Position numbers and translations under genes: made by a program
NCBI GenBank assembly: GCA_001872285.1
Contig: MNXU01000051.1
Location: 107-64,106 of the forward strand
DNA length: 64,000 nt
From: Betaproteobacteria bacterium CG2_30_68_42
Lineage (GTDB): Bacteria > Pseudomonadota > Gammaproteobacteria > Burkholderiales > Rhodocyclaceae
Direction of reading: 5' to 3'
Part shown: positions 1 to 8,921 of the stretch, piece by piece
Layout of the letters: every line of letters begins with the position of its first letter
How positions within the stretch are numbered: position 1 is the stretch's first letter
Notes under the pieces: generated by a model
Seen by the model: only the letters and a program-made list of their open reading frames with translations
What the model was told of the DNA's origin: nothing
Database searches by the model: none

Positions 1-433
1 CCTTCTGCGGCTCGTGGCAGCCGAAGCAGGCCTTGGCGGCATTTCCCGCCACCGCCCGTTCCGTCTTCGAATCGCCCTTGAAGCCCTCGAAGCCCCAGCC
101 GCCGGTTTCGGCGTACTTCTTCGCATCCTTGTGCATCACGCCAAGCACCTTGCGTGCTCCCTCCTGCACGGTGTTGTCCGCGCTCTTCGCCTCGAGCAGG
201 TCGAACACGATGACCGAGCCGTCGGCGAACCTGCCGGACTTGTACCCGGCCAGCGCCTTCGGATTGGCGTACAGGTGATGGATGCCGCCGAAGGCCTCGT
301 ACAGGGCGTGACCCGGCGCGATCACCATGCTCTTGACATGGGTCCAGGCGCGGTAGCCCTGCGGATAGGGCACCGGGGCGGCGGCCAGCGCGGGCGCGGC
401 GAGCGCCGCGAGGAGGATCAGGGTCTTCTTCAT
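1..433 (-). CDS. cytochrome P460 family protein (3' end lies beyond the window edge)
   Basis: Manual minus-strand translation from ATG at 433-431: MKKTLILLAALAAPALAAAP (signal peptide)...HHLYANPKALAGYKSG...GWGFEGFKGD...ACFGCHEPQK. A CXXCH heme motif sits near the edge. It is missing from the ORF track because no stop codon lies in the window. Confidence 0.8.
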   Translation of the reverse strand, partial: MKKTLILLAALAAPALAAAPVPYPQGYRAWTHVKSMVIAPGHALYEAFGGIHHLYANPKALAGYKSGRFADGSVIVFDLLEAKSADNTVQEGARKVLGVMHKDAKKYAETGGWGFEGFKGDSKTERAVAGNAAKACFGCHEPQK

Positions 434-558
434 GCGGGTCTCCTTTCGTGCATAATCGTCGGGCAGGCGATCTGCCTGCCCGGTGTTTTTTACAGCAGCC
501 GCGAGCGCCGGAAAAGCGGGGACGAAACGGTGTCCCGGGCACATTCCGGTGTCCCTTC

Positions 559-969
559 ATGATTTCGCGCGAGAAGAAAATTTCGGCTCCGCCCCCCGTG
601 GCCCGCATGGTCGAGGAGATCGTCGGCTGCAAGTGGTCGCTCGCGGTGCTCGGCCTGGTACGAAACGGGGTGAACCGCCCCGGTGCGATGGAGCACGCCG
701 TCCCCGGCCTGTCGAAGAAGGTGCTCAACGAACGGCTGCGCAAGCTCGTCCGCTTCGGGATCCTGGAGCGGCAGGCCTACCCCGAATTGCCGCCGCGCGT
801 GGAGTACAGACTCACCGGCTTCGGCGAGAAATTCTCCGGGCTGATGGACGGGGTCGAGTCGCTGCAAGCCGAGATCGAGGCGGCGTCGCGGGCAGACGTG
901 GCGTCGGCTCCGCCCGTTCAGCCGAGGGCGATGCGGCGCGGCGCCGCGGATGCGGGTTCGGGATCTTGA
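559..969 (+). CDS. HxlR-family winged-helix transcriptional regulator
   Basis: Internal ATG at 559 of ORF 448..969. IVGCKWSLAVLGLVRNGVNRPGAMEHAVPGLSKKVLNERLRKLVRFGILERQAYPELPPRVEYRLTGFG is a typical HxlR core. Divergent from the P460 gene. Confidence 0.9.
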   Translation: MISREKKISAPPPVARMVEEIVGCKWSLAVLGLVRNGVNRPGAMEHAVPGLSKKVLNERLRKLVRFGILERQAYPELPPRVEYRLTGFGEKFSGLMDGVESLQAEIEAASRADVASAPPVQPRAMRRGAADAGSGS

Positions 970-983
970 CCGCGCAAGATGCG
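916..983. repeat. copy 1 of a 68-bp direct repeat (partner at 4888-4955)
   Basis: Hand alignment at an offset of 3972 nt gives 59/68 identical, including runs of 17 and 14 nt. The minus-strand reading gives ILRGQDPEPASAAPRRIALG*, mirroring the C-terminus of the gene at 4890. Confidence 0.85.
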
Positions 984-1057
984 GGACGAGGGTGGGCGCG
1001 GCAGGGCCGGATTGGCGCAGTGAAGCCGCGGTGCAAGGTGAGCCGGATGCAACGCCG

Positions 1058-4000
1058 ATGAGGTCGAGGCGCGCTTCGCTTGGAAAGACCACCCGTCCGA
1101 GTCTCCCGGGAATCCTGCCGCGACCGCGCCTGTTCGCATTGCTGGATGCGGCGCGCGAGCGGCCCGTGGTCTGGGTGAGCGGGCCGCCCGGTTGCGGAAA
1201 GACCACGGCGGTGGCGAGTTACCTCGAGCACGCCGGGCTGCGCGGGCTGTGGTACCAGCTCGACGAGGGCGACGCGGACGTCGCGACCTTCTTCTACTAT
1301 CTGAGGCTTGCGACGTCGGCGCTCGGCGACGAGCGCGACGAGCCGCTGCCGCTGCTGGCGCCCGAGTATCACGCCGGGCTGCCGGTGTTCGCGCGCCGCG
1401 TTTTCCAGTCCCTCTACGCGCGGATCGAGACGCCCTTCGCGATCGTCTTCGACGGCTACGAGGCAGTCTCGGCGTTCTCGCAGCTTCACGAGGTGATGAG
1501 AGATGCGCTCTGCGAGCTGCCGTGCGGCGGCTGCGTCATCCTAATCAGCCGCGGCGATCCGCCCGCGAGCTTCGCGCGCCTGCGCGCGAATCGTGCCATG
1601 GCGACCGTGGGCTGGGAGAGCCTGCGGCTGACGCGCGAGGAAACGGATTCCATCGTTCGCCGGCGCAGGCCGGGAGTGGAGCCCGATACGCTGGACGAAC
1701 TCTACGAGAAGACGCAGGGCTGGGCCGCGGGGCTGGTGCTGTTGCTCGAACAGTCGAGGGTGCTCGGCTCGATCGCCGAACCGCCGGACCCGGCAGCCGG
1801 CCAGCCGGTGTTCGACTATCTGGCGAGCGAGATCTTCGACAGACGCGATGCGCGCACCCAGGACTTCCTCATGCGCACCGCCTTCCTCCCGCAGATGACC
1901 GCGGCACGGCGCGCGAGGTGAGCGGCGAGGAGCGGGCGGAGGAGATTCTGGCCGGACTGTACCGCGACAACCATTTCGTCACGCTGCGCCGCACCCAGCC
2001 GCAGCCCGTGTACCAGTATCACCCGATGTTCCGCGAGTTCCTGCTCGCGCGGGTGCGGGAAACGCTGCATGAGGATCGCCGCCGTGCGGCTCTGAGGACC
2101 GCGGCCGCAGCCATGGAAGCGACGGGTCAGGGGGAAGAGGCGGTCGCGCTGTACCGCGAAAGCCGGGACTGGGACGAGATGGCGCGGCTGATCGGCGCCC
2201 ATGCGGAGGCGATGCTCGGCCAGGGCCGCGGGGAGACGCTCGCACACTGGGTGGAAGACCTGCCTCCCGAGGCGCGCGAGCGGCATCCCTGGGTCGAATT
2301 CTGGGCGGCGGCCAGCCGGGCGCAGATCGCGCCGCGCGAGGCGCGGGTGCGGTATGAAAAGGCCTTCGAGCGGTTTCGCGCCCTGCCGTCGCCCGACCGG
2401 ACCGGAATGGCGCTTGCCGCCTCGGGCGCGATGGATGCGATCCTCTACGAGCTCGACGACTTCTCCTTGCTCGACCGATGGATCGCGATCCTCGACGAAG
2501 CGGAGAGCCGCGGCGTGAGCTACCCCTCCGCGGCGGTGGAGGCGCGCGTCGCCTGCGGCATGGTGTTCTCGCTCACGCTGCGCCAGCCGCAGCGGCGCGA
2601 CATCGAACGGTGGATCGCTCGCGCGCTCGATCGTGCGCGCGAAGTGCCCGATCCCAACCTGAAGATGTTCGTCGGGCTCCTGTGCGCGCTGACGCTGATG
2701 TGGACCGGGCTCCATGCCAGGGCGCTCGAGCTGATCGAGGCGATGCGCGGGATCGCTGGATCGCCGGGCGTATCGCCGTTCTCGCGCATCACGCTGAAGA
2801 ACGTCGAAGCGATGTATTACATGCTGACGGCGGACGGGAAACGATGCATGGAAGCGGCGCGCGAGGGCCTGGAACTCGCGCGAACGGCCGGCGTGACGAC
2901 CTGGACCTTTCAGTTGCTGGTGCACGCGTACGGCGGGGCGCTGGGTGTGCAGGACCTGGCGACGGCGGCTGAATTTGCTGCGCAGCTCGACGCCCAGAGC
3001 GCACGCGCCGGCCGCCTCGACCAGTGCCTATATCACCACTTCCGGGCCTGGGAGGCGATGCTGCGCAAGGATCTGATGCGCGCGCTGCACTGCGAGCGCA
3101 CGGCGCTGCGGATGGCGATCGAGGCCGGCTGCCCCTACTTCGAGGTGCTGTGCCGGCTCGCGCTCGCGGAGGCTCTCGCCGAATGCAACGACGAGCGCAG
3201 ATGCATCGCACACCTGCAACAGTTGCGGCCGGTCGTGGAGGGCATCGGCAACCATCACCTCGAGTTCACCTGCCTCACGACGGCCGGCCGGATCGCGATC
3301 GAGCACGGCCGGGAACATCCCGGGCGCACCGCCCTGCGCCGCGGGCTGGCGCTCGCGCGCGAATACGGCTATGCGCATTTCCTGTGGTGGCGTCCCGAAG
3401 CGATGGCGCGCGCCTGTGCTCACGCGCTCGATGCGGGAATCGAAGTCGAAACCGTGCGCCACCTGATCGTGCGGCGAGGCCTGGTGCCCGCTCGGCCGCC
3501 CCTGCTGGTCGAGGCTTGGCCATGGATGTTCCGCGTCCGTTGCCTGGGCTCGTTCGAGCTGCTGCGGCACGACGCGCCGCTCGCCGCGGAAGGCAAGGCA
3601 CAGCGCCGCCCGCTGGAGATGCTCAAGCTGCTGATCGCGCAGGGTGGCAGCCGCGTCCCCGAGGAGGCCGTGACCGATGCGCTGTGGCCACGCGTGGAAG
3701 GCGACTCGGCACACCGCTCGTTCACGAGCACGCTGCACCGGCTGCGCAAGCTCCTCGGCGAAGATCGGGCCGTCGTGTTGCACGAGGGCAGGGTGACGCT
3801 GGAGCGCCGCTACTTCTGGGTGGATGTCTGGGCGTTCGACGAAGTCTTCGCACAGATCGAGACGGCGTTTCGCGGATCGCGGGGGGAACCCGGCGCGAGC
3901 CGCATCGAGATGCTGGCCGAGCGGCTGCGCGCGCTCTACCGCGGGCCGTTCATGGCCGGGGAACGGGACGAGGCCGGGTACGTCCAGCCGCGCGACCGCA

Positions 4001-4269
4001 TCCGCGCCCGCTTCGTCCGCGCGATCGGCGAGATCGGCCATCACTGGGAACGATCGGAGCAGTGGGAGCGGGCTCTCGCCTGCTACGAGAGCTGCCTGGA
4101 AGCCGATCCGGTGGTGGAGGCCTTCTACCGCAATCTCATGGTTTGCTACCGGCGCACGGGCCGGCGCGCAGAGGCGATCGAGACCTTCGACCGGCTGCGC
4201 AGGGCGCTTGCCGTGCTCGGCGTGAAACCTTCGTCCGAAACGCGCGCCCTGCTCGAGAAGCTGGCGTAG
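1058..4269 (+). pseudogene. MalT/AfsR(SARP)-like regulator (NTPase + TPR-like middle + OmpR-type wHTH/BTAD), disrupted by a frameshift near 1900-1915
   Basis: The N-terminal part is in ORF 950..1921 (Walker A VSGPPGCGKTT; ...QGWAAGLVLL...FLMRTAFLPQMTAA). It continues in ORF 1192..4269 from ...AREVSGEERAEEILAGLYRDNHFV. The C-terminus reads FRVRCLGSFELLRHDAP...RRPLEMLKLLIA...YFWVDVWAF...YRNLMVCYRRTGRRAEAIETFDRL. The two parts are offset by one nucleotide. Confidence 0.7.
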
Positions 4270-4382
4270 CCGGCACGCAGTGATGCAATCGGTAACCGGC
4301 GCGTAAGCGTAGCCCGCAGGGCCGTATCCGATCATGACCGTACGCGCAGGCCGTTCGCCTGCTGCGATGAAAGGAGAAGGTC

Positions 4383-4850
4383 ATGAACGCGAAAATCAGG
4401 ATCGCCGCGCTGCTGTCGGCCTCCGCGGCAGTGCTCTCCGGATGCTACATCGTCCCGGTCGTCGATGCCCAGGGGAACGTGCAGTATCAGCACTATCCGC
4501 TGGTGCCGCCGGCCGGCTACCCGGTTCCGCCGTCTGCCGGTCCGCAGCCGGTGGTGCTCCAGGCGCGCCTGTATCCCGCGAACGAACTCGCGTCGCGAAC
4601 CGGAGTGCTGAGCGGCACCGTCACCAACATGATGACCGGCAAGGGCCGCTTCCAGTTGCAGTACAACGGCGAGGTGCTGACCGGCGAGGCGACGCGCGTG
4701 TCCAACGACCAGCGCAGGGGCGTGGCGAGCGCCTATGGCTCGAGCGGGACGACCATGAGCTGCGAGTACCAGATGAGCGGCCCGCGCCAGGGCGCCGGCA
4801 CGTGCACGCTCTCGAACGGCGCGAAGTACCAGGTGCACATCGGCTCGTAG
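4383..4850 (+). CDS. hypothetical lipoprotein
   Basis: SD AAGGAGAAGG lies upstream. The N-terminus MNAKIRIAALLSASAAVLSGC carries a lipobox LSGC. I recognise no family. Confidence 0.6.
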   Translation: MNAKIRIAALLSASAAVLSGCYIVPVVDAQGNVQYQHYPLVPPAGYPVPPSAGPQPVVLQARLYPANELASRTGVLSGTVTNMMTGKGRFQLQYNGEVLTGEATRVSNDQRRGVASAYGSSGTTMSCEYQMSGPRQGAGTCTLSNGAKYQVHIGS

Positions 4851-4887
4851 CGCAACGGCCGGTCGGTGTCGGGAAGCGGGCCGCCGC

Positions 4888-4955
4888 GTTCAGCCGAGGG
4901 CGATCCGGCGCGGTGCCGCGCAAACGGGCTCGAGATCGGGACCGCGCAAGATGCG
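4888..4955. repeat. copy 2 of the 68-bp direct repeat (partner at 916-983)
   Basis: See the entry at 916-983. This copy encodes the real C-terminus (RILRGPDLEPVCAAPRRIALG*) of the minus-strand gene 4890..5948. Confidence 0.85.
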
Positions 4956-5948
4956 CTGCCAGTAGGACTCGTGCGCCGGCGTTCCGGCCGGCCAGTCGGC
5001 GAGGAAGGCGCGTTCCCATGCGGGCGCGTCGTATTCCACGGGGATCGCCTCGATGCGCACGGTCGAGAGTTCTGCGCCATAGACTGCGGCCACAGGCGCG
5101 CGCGAGGCCGCGATCCGGGTGATCAGCCCGTGGCGCGTGGCGGCGAAGTTCGGCATGCCGGCCGCGCCGTTGTTGATCACCGCGCGTTCGCCGCCGCGGG
5201 TGTCGAAGATCCGGAAGACGGGAGCGCAGGTGTGACTGCTCGCGAAGACATCCACGAGGGAGTCGCGGAACACTGCGCGCAGCCAGTCCGCCTGGCCGGG
5301 ATCGTCGAGCGCCTGCCGGTCGAAGCGCCAGCCGGCGAGATTGCCCGCGTCGCCATGCACCACGGCGATCCGGAGCCGGCCGACCTCGAACAGCGCGTGC
5401 ATCGGCAGCCGCGCGAGGCGCGCGAGCAGGGCCGGGAAGCGCAGCGCGGTCTGGCGCAATCGCGCATGGATGCGATTCGAGCGCTCCACCGTCTCCGGCG
5501 CGACTTCCGGCGGATAGGCGCAGCCGCAGCCGATGCCTTCGTCATCGCCGGCGAGCGCGACCTCAACGTTGCCCGCAAGCGCGCAGTGCGCTGCTACGCC
5601 GCGGTCGATGCGCTCGAAGCTCTCGTCGTCGATGTCGAACCAGTGGAAATCGCCGTTGAAGGCGATCGTCACCGGCTGCGTTTCGCGCGCGGCGAGCGCG
5701 CTGATCGCCTCAAGCGCATGGACGTTGCCATAGAGTCCGCCGGCGACATAGAGCACTTCGGCGCGCCGCACGGGGGCCGAGGCGAAGATCGTGGCGGGGT
5801 ACGACCAGCGCAGCGGGCAGGCGCGCCCGGGCGTCCGCAGCGACGCGATCGGTGCGGCGTTCAGCGGGCGAAGCGTGTCGCATCCCATGGCGCGCACCCG
5901 ATGCTTCACCGTCGCCCCGCCCTGGACGCGCGCCGGCGTCGCTCGCAA
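4890..5948 (-). CDS. metallophosphoesterase-like protein co-transcribed with arsS (start may be the ATG at 5888)
   Basis: ORF 4890..5948 begins 4 nt after the arsS stop. Translation contains VLYVAGGLYGNVHALEAI...IAFNGDFHWFDID...VVHGDAGN...ASSHTC, a calcineurin-like phosphoesterase pattern. Confidence 0.7.
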   Translation of the reverse strand: MRATPARVQGGATVKHRVRAMGCDTLRPLNAAPIASLRTPGRACPLRWSYPATIFASAPVRRAEVLYVAGGLYGNVHALEAISALAARETQPVTIAFNGDFHWFDIDDESFERIDRGVAAHCALAGNVEVALAGDDEGIGCGCAYPPEVAPETVERSNRIHARLRQTALRFPALLARLARLPMHALFEVGRLRIAVVHGDAGNLAGWRFDRQALDDPGQADWLRAVFRDSLVDVFASSHTCAPVFRIFDTRGGERAVINNGAAGMPNFAATRHGLITRIAASRAPVAAVYGAELSTVRIEAIPVEYDAPAWERAFLADWPAGTPAHESYWQRILRGPDLEPVCAAPRRIALG

Positions 5949-5952
5949 GCGC

Positions 5953-6918
5953 TCAGGCCGCGAGCGCGCCGCCGCAGCTCGACCCCTGCCCGGCCGTGCA
6001 GCCGTAGCAATGATTCATCACCGCGATCGGGTTTCCGGCGAGATCGCGGCCGACGAGGTCCGCGATCTTCACCCGCGCCCGCTCGGGCAGCCGCAGGGGC
6101 AGTCCCAGCATCTGGTTGAAGTCGCAGTCATACACCCAGCCCTGCCAGTCCACGCTCAGCAGGCTGCGGCACATCACGGCTTCGAGGTTCTCTTCGCGGT
6201 GCGCCTCGCGCAGCGTGCGCATGTAGGAACCGAACTGGCCCCTGGACACGAGCGTGCTGCCGAAGCGCTGGATCGGCATGTTGGCGAGCGTGAGCAGGCG
6301 GGTGAACTCGATGCCGTAGCCGGTCGCGAGCCGCTGCCGGTATTCCACCTCCAGCCGGTGCTGTTCCGGCGGCAGGCTGGGTCCCTGCGGGTTGTAGACG
6401 AGGCTGAGCTCGAGGTCCGAACCCGCGCGCCCGTAGCCGAGGCCGTTGAGCCGGCGCAGGACGGCGATGCTGCGCGCGAACACGCCTGCGCCGCGCTGGC
6501 GGTCGACGTTTTCCTCGAGGTAGCAGGGCAGCGAGGCGACGATCTCCACCCGGTGGGCGGCGAGGAATCCGGCCAGATCCTCCATCCCCGGCTCGAGCAG
6601 GATGGTGAGGTTGCAGCGGTCGATGACCTGCACGCCGAGCGCGTGCGCCTCTCGGACGAGATCGCGGAAGCCTTCGTTGAGCTCGGGCGCACCGCCGGTC
6701 AGATCGAGCCGTCCCACCCGCTGCTCGCGCACGAAGGCGAGCACGGCCGCCATGGTCTCGCGCGACATCGCCTCGGTGCGCTTCGGGCCGGCATTCACGT
6801 GGCAATGGAGGCAGGACTGGTTGCAGCGGTAGCCCAGGTTGGCCTGCACGGTCTCGATTCCGCGGCGGCGGATCGCGGGGAAGTCGGTGCTGCGCAGCAG
6901 GGCGACGGTGGCGTGCAT
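5953..6918 (-). CDS. arsS: radical SAM/Cys-rich protein of the ArsS (arsenosugar biosynthesis) family
   Basis: ATG at 6918-6916 inside ORF 5953..7566. Radical-SAM motif LGYRCNQSCLHCHV, and the family-typical C-terminal Cys-rich tail NHCYGCTAGQGSSCGGALAA. Confidence 0.8.
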   Translation of the reverse strand: MHATVALLRSTDFPAIRRRGIETVQANLGYRCNQSCLHCHVNAGPKRTEAMSRETMAAVLAFVREQRVGRLDLTGGAPELNEGFRDLVREAHALGVQVIDRCNLTILLEPGMEDLAGFLAAHRVEIVASLPCYLEENVDRQRGAGVFARSIAVLRRLNGLGYGRAGSDLELSLVYNPQGPSLPPEQHRLEVEYRQRLATGYGIEFTRLLTLANMPIQRFGSTLVSRGQFGSYMRTLREAHREENLEAVMCRSLLSVDWQGWVYDCDFNQMLGLPLRLPERARVKIADLVGRDLAGNPIAVMNHCYGCTAGQGSSCGGALAA

Positions 6919-7050
6919 GTTCGGCGTTCCGAAGGACGGCGGGCGAATTGTACCGACGCTCGCGACATCCGGCTTCTTACACCCGGTTTCCCGGCCGGAA
7001 CGCCACGGCCGCGTGCTATGCTGGAATGCGGCAAGGCGAGGGAGGAGGCC

Positions 7051-7524
7051 ATGGAACGCTTCACCATTTCGCTCGACGAGAATCTGGCGCGCGAGTTCGA
7101 CGCGCTGATCCCCAGCCGCGGCTACGAAAACCGCTCCGAGGCGGTGCGCGACATCCTGCGGGCCAGGATCGAAGAGAGCCGCCTCGAGCGCAGGCAGGCG
7201 CCCTACTGCATCGCGGCGCTCTCCTACATCTACAACCATCACGAGCGCGATCTGGCCGAGCGCCTGACCTCGGCCCAGCACGCGCATCACGATCTCACCG
7301 TATCGACCATGCACGCGCATCTCGATCACGACAACTGCATGGAGACCGTGATCCTGCGCGGGTCGACCGGCGCGGTGCGCAAGTTCGCCGATGCGATGAT
7401 GGCCGAGCGCGGGGTGCGCCACGGCGCGCTCAACCTGGTGCCGGCCGACCTCGATCCGGGGCGCCATCATCACCACCACGGTCCGGATCATCCCTACCAC
7501 ATGCACACCCGTCCGAAGTCCTGA
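7051..7524 (+). CDS. nikR: nickel-responsive transcriptional regulator NikR
   Basis: SD GGAGGAGG, then ATG at 7051. MERFTISLDENLAREFDALIPSRGYENRSEAVRDILR is a ribbon-helix-helix. This is followed by an ACT-like metal domain (HHERDL...HAHLDHDNCMETVILRG) and a His-rich tail GRHHHHHGPDHPYHMH. Confidence 0.9.
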   Translation: MERFTISLDENLAREFDALIPSRGYENRSEAVRDILRARIEESRLERRQAPYCIAALSYIYNHHERDLAERLTSAQHAHHDLTVSTMHAHLDHDNCMETVILRGSTGAVRKFADAMMAERGVRHGALNLVPADLDPGRHHHHHGPDHPYHMHTRPKS

Positions 7525-7526
7525 CC

Positions 7527-8912
7527 ATGGCGAGGCGGCGCGATCCGGAAGGCGGAGAGGGCGCACGCGTGGTTGCCCCCGTGCTGCCCGCGCACGTGCT
7601 CGATCGTCCGCCCGAGGGCGTGGGCGAGGACGTGTGGATCGAGGTCATCCGCAAGATGGACGAGGTCTACAGCGACCTGCTCCAGTACGAGGTCGCGCTC
7701 GAGGAGAAGAACGCGGCGCTGGAAGAGACCCAGAAATTCATCTTTAGCGTGCTCGGCTCGATGTCGGACATCCTCGTCGTATGCGATCGCCATGGCGACA
7801 TCCAGGAGGTCAACCACGCGCTGGCCGAACTCACCGGCCGGGACGAGGCCGGGCTGCGCGGCGCGCCGCTGCGCAGCCTGTTCGCCGACGAGGACTCGCG
7901 CGAGCGCGCCGAGCGCTTCCTGCGCGAGCTGCACGGGGAACGCATCCAGGACTGCGAGCTCCAATTCCGCTCCCGCGACGGGGCCGTGCCGGTCGCAGTG
8001 AACTGCACGCCGCGCCTGTCGCCGGTGGGGAAGTTCGTCGGCCTGGTGGTCACGGGCCGCCCGGTGGGCGAGCTGCGGCGCGCCTACGAGGCGCTGCGCC
8101 GGGCGCATGAAGAGCTCAAGCGCGCGCAGCAGCAGCTCATCCACTCCGAGAAGATGGCCTCGCTCGGGCGTCTGGTGGCGGGCGTCGCGCATGAACTCAA
8201 CAACCCGATCGGCTTCGTGCTGGGGAACGTCCATGCGCTCCAGCGCTATGGCCGGCGCATGCGCGAATACATCGACGCCATCCACGCCGGCAGACCCGCG
8301 GACGAGATCGCGGAGCTTCGCGTTCGGCTTCGCATCGATCGGCTGATCGAGGATATGCAGCCGCTCATCGATGGAACGATGGAAGGCGCGGAGCGCACGC
8401 GCGACATCGTCGCCGGACTGCGGCGCTTCTCCGCAGCCGACCGCGGCGCGGAGGAGGTCTTCGATCTCGCGGCGGTCGTCGATCGCAGCGTGCACTGGGT
8501 GGTGAAGGCATCCGGCTCGAAGATTCGGATCGATCTGGACCTGAGCGGCGAGCTTCCGGTATCGGGCTCACCGGGGCAGATGCAACAGGTGCTGGTCAAC
8601 CTGGTCCAGAACGCGATCGACAGCACCGAACAGCGGGAAGATGCGCGCCTCGCCATCCGCGGCGAGGCGGTCGGCGACCGCGTCGTCCTTCTCCTGCATG
8701 ACAACGGGCCGGGCTTCAGGCAGGAGAGCCTGGACAGGGCGTTCGACCCGTTCTTCACCACGAAGCCGGTCGGCAAGGGCACCGGGCTGGGGCTGTCGAT
8801 CAGCTACGGCATCGTGCAGCGTCACGGCGGAAGCCTCACCGCCGCCAACCACCCGGACGGCGGGGCGCTGATGTCCCTGAGCCTTCCGCTCGCGCGGCGC
8901 CCGGCGCCGTAG
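7527..8912 (+). CDS. cytoplasmic PAS-domain sensor histidine kinase
   Basis: The ATG at 7527 is 2 nt after the nikR stop. PAS region SMSDILVVCDRHGDIQEVNHALAELTG, H-box SEKMASLGRLVAGVAHELNNP, N/G boxes LVNLVQNAID...DNGPGF...GKGTGLGLSISYGIV. No transmembrane segment, and no response regulator adjacent. Confidence 0.9.
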   Translation: MARRRDPEGGEGARVVAPVLPAHVLDRPPEGVGEDVWIEVIRKMDEVYSDLLQYEVALEEKNAALEETQKFIFSVLGSMSDILVVCDRHGDIQEVNHALAELTGRDEAGLRGAPLRSLFADEDSRERAERFLRELHGERIQDCELQFRSRDGAVPVAVNCTPRLSPVGKFVGLVVTGRPVGELRRAYEALRRAHEELKRAQQQLIHSEKMASLGRLVAGVAHELNNPIGFVLGNVHALQRYGRRMREYIDAIHAGRPADEIAELRVRLRIDRLIEDMQPLIDGTMEGAERTRDIVAGLRRFSAADRGAEEVFDLAAVVDRSVHWVVKASGSKIRIDLDLSGELPVSGSPGQMQQVLVNLVQNAIDSTEQREDARLAIRGEAVGDRVVLLLHDNGPGFRQESLDRAFDPFFTTKPVGKGTGLGLSISYGIVQRHGGSLTAANHPDGGALMSLSLPLARRPAP

Positions 8913-8921
8913 GCCGGGCGC

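Noticed and set aside
14-562. Plus-strand ORFs 14..562 and 33..278 at the window start.
   Set aside because: They are low-complexity translations. The minus strand encodes a convincing signal-peptide + CXXCH cytochrome P460 protein starting at 433.
950-4269. Treating ORF 950..1921 and ORF 1192..4269 as two separate genes, using the first ~240 aa of the 1192 ORF.
   Set aside because: The N-terminal 240 aa of ORF 1192 are Arg/Ala-rich noise that overlaps the real NTPase frame. The two meaningful parts abut at about 1900-1915 and together reconstitute one MalT/SARP-like architecture.
5791-7050. The long N-terminal extensions of ORF 5791..7524(+) and ORF 6948..8912(+), upstream of nikR and the kinase.
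   Set aside because: These extensions are antisense to arsS or fall in the divergent promoter region. Good internal starts with SD exist at 7051 and 7527.
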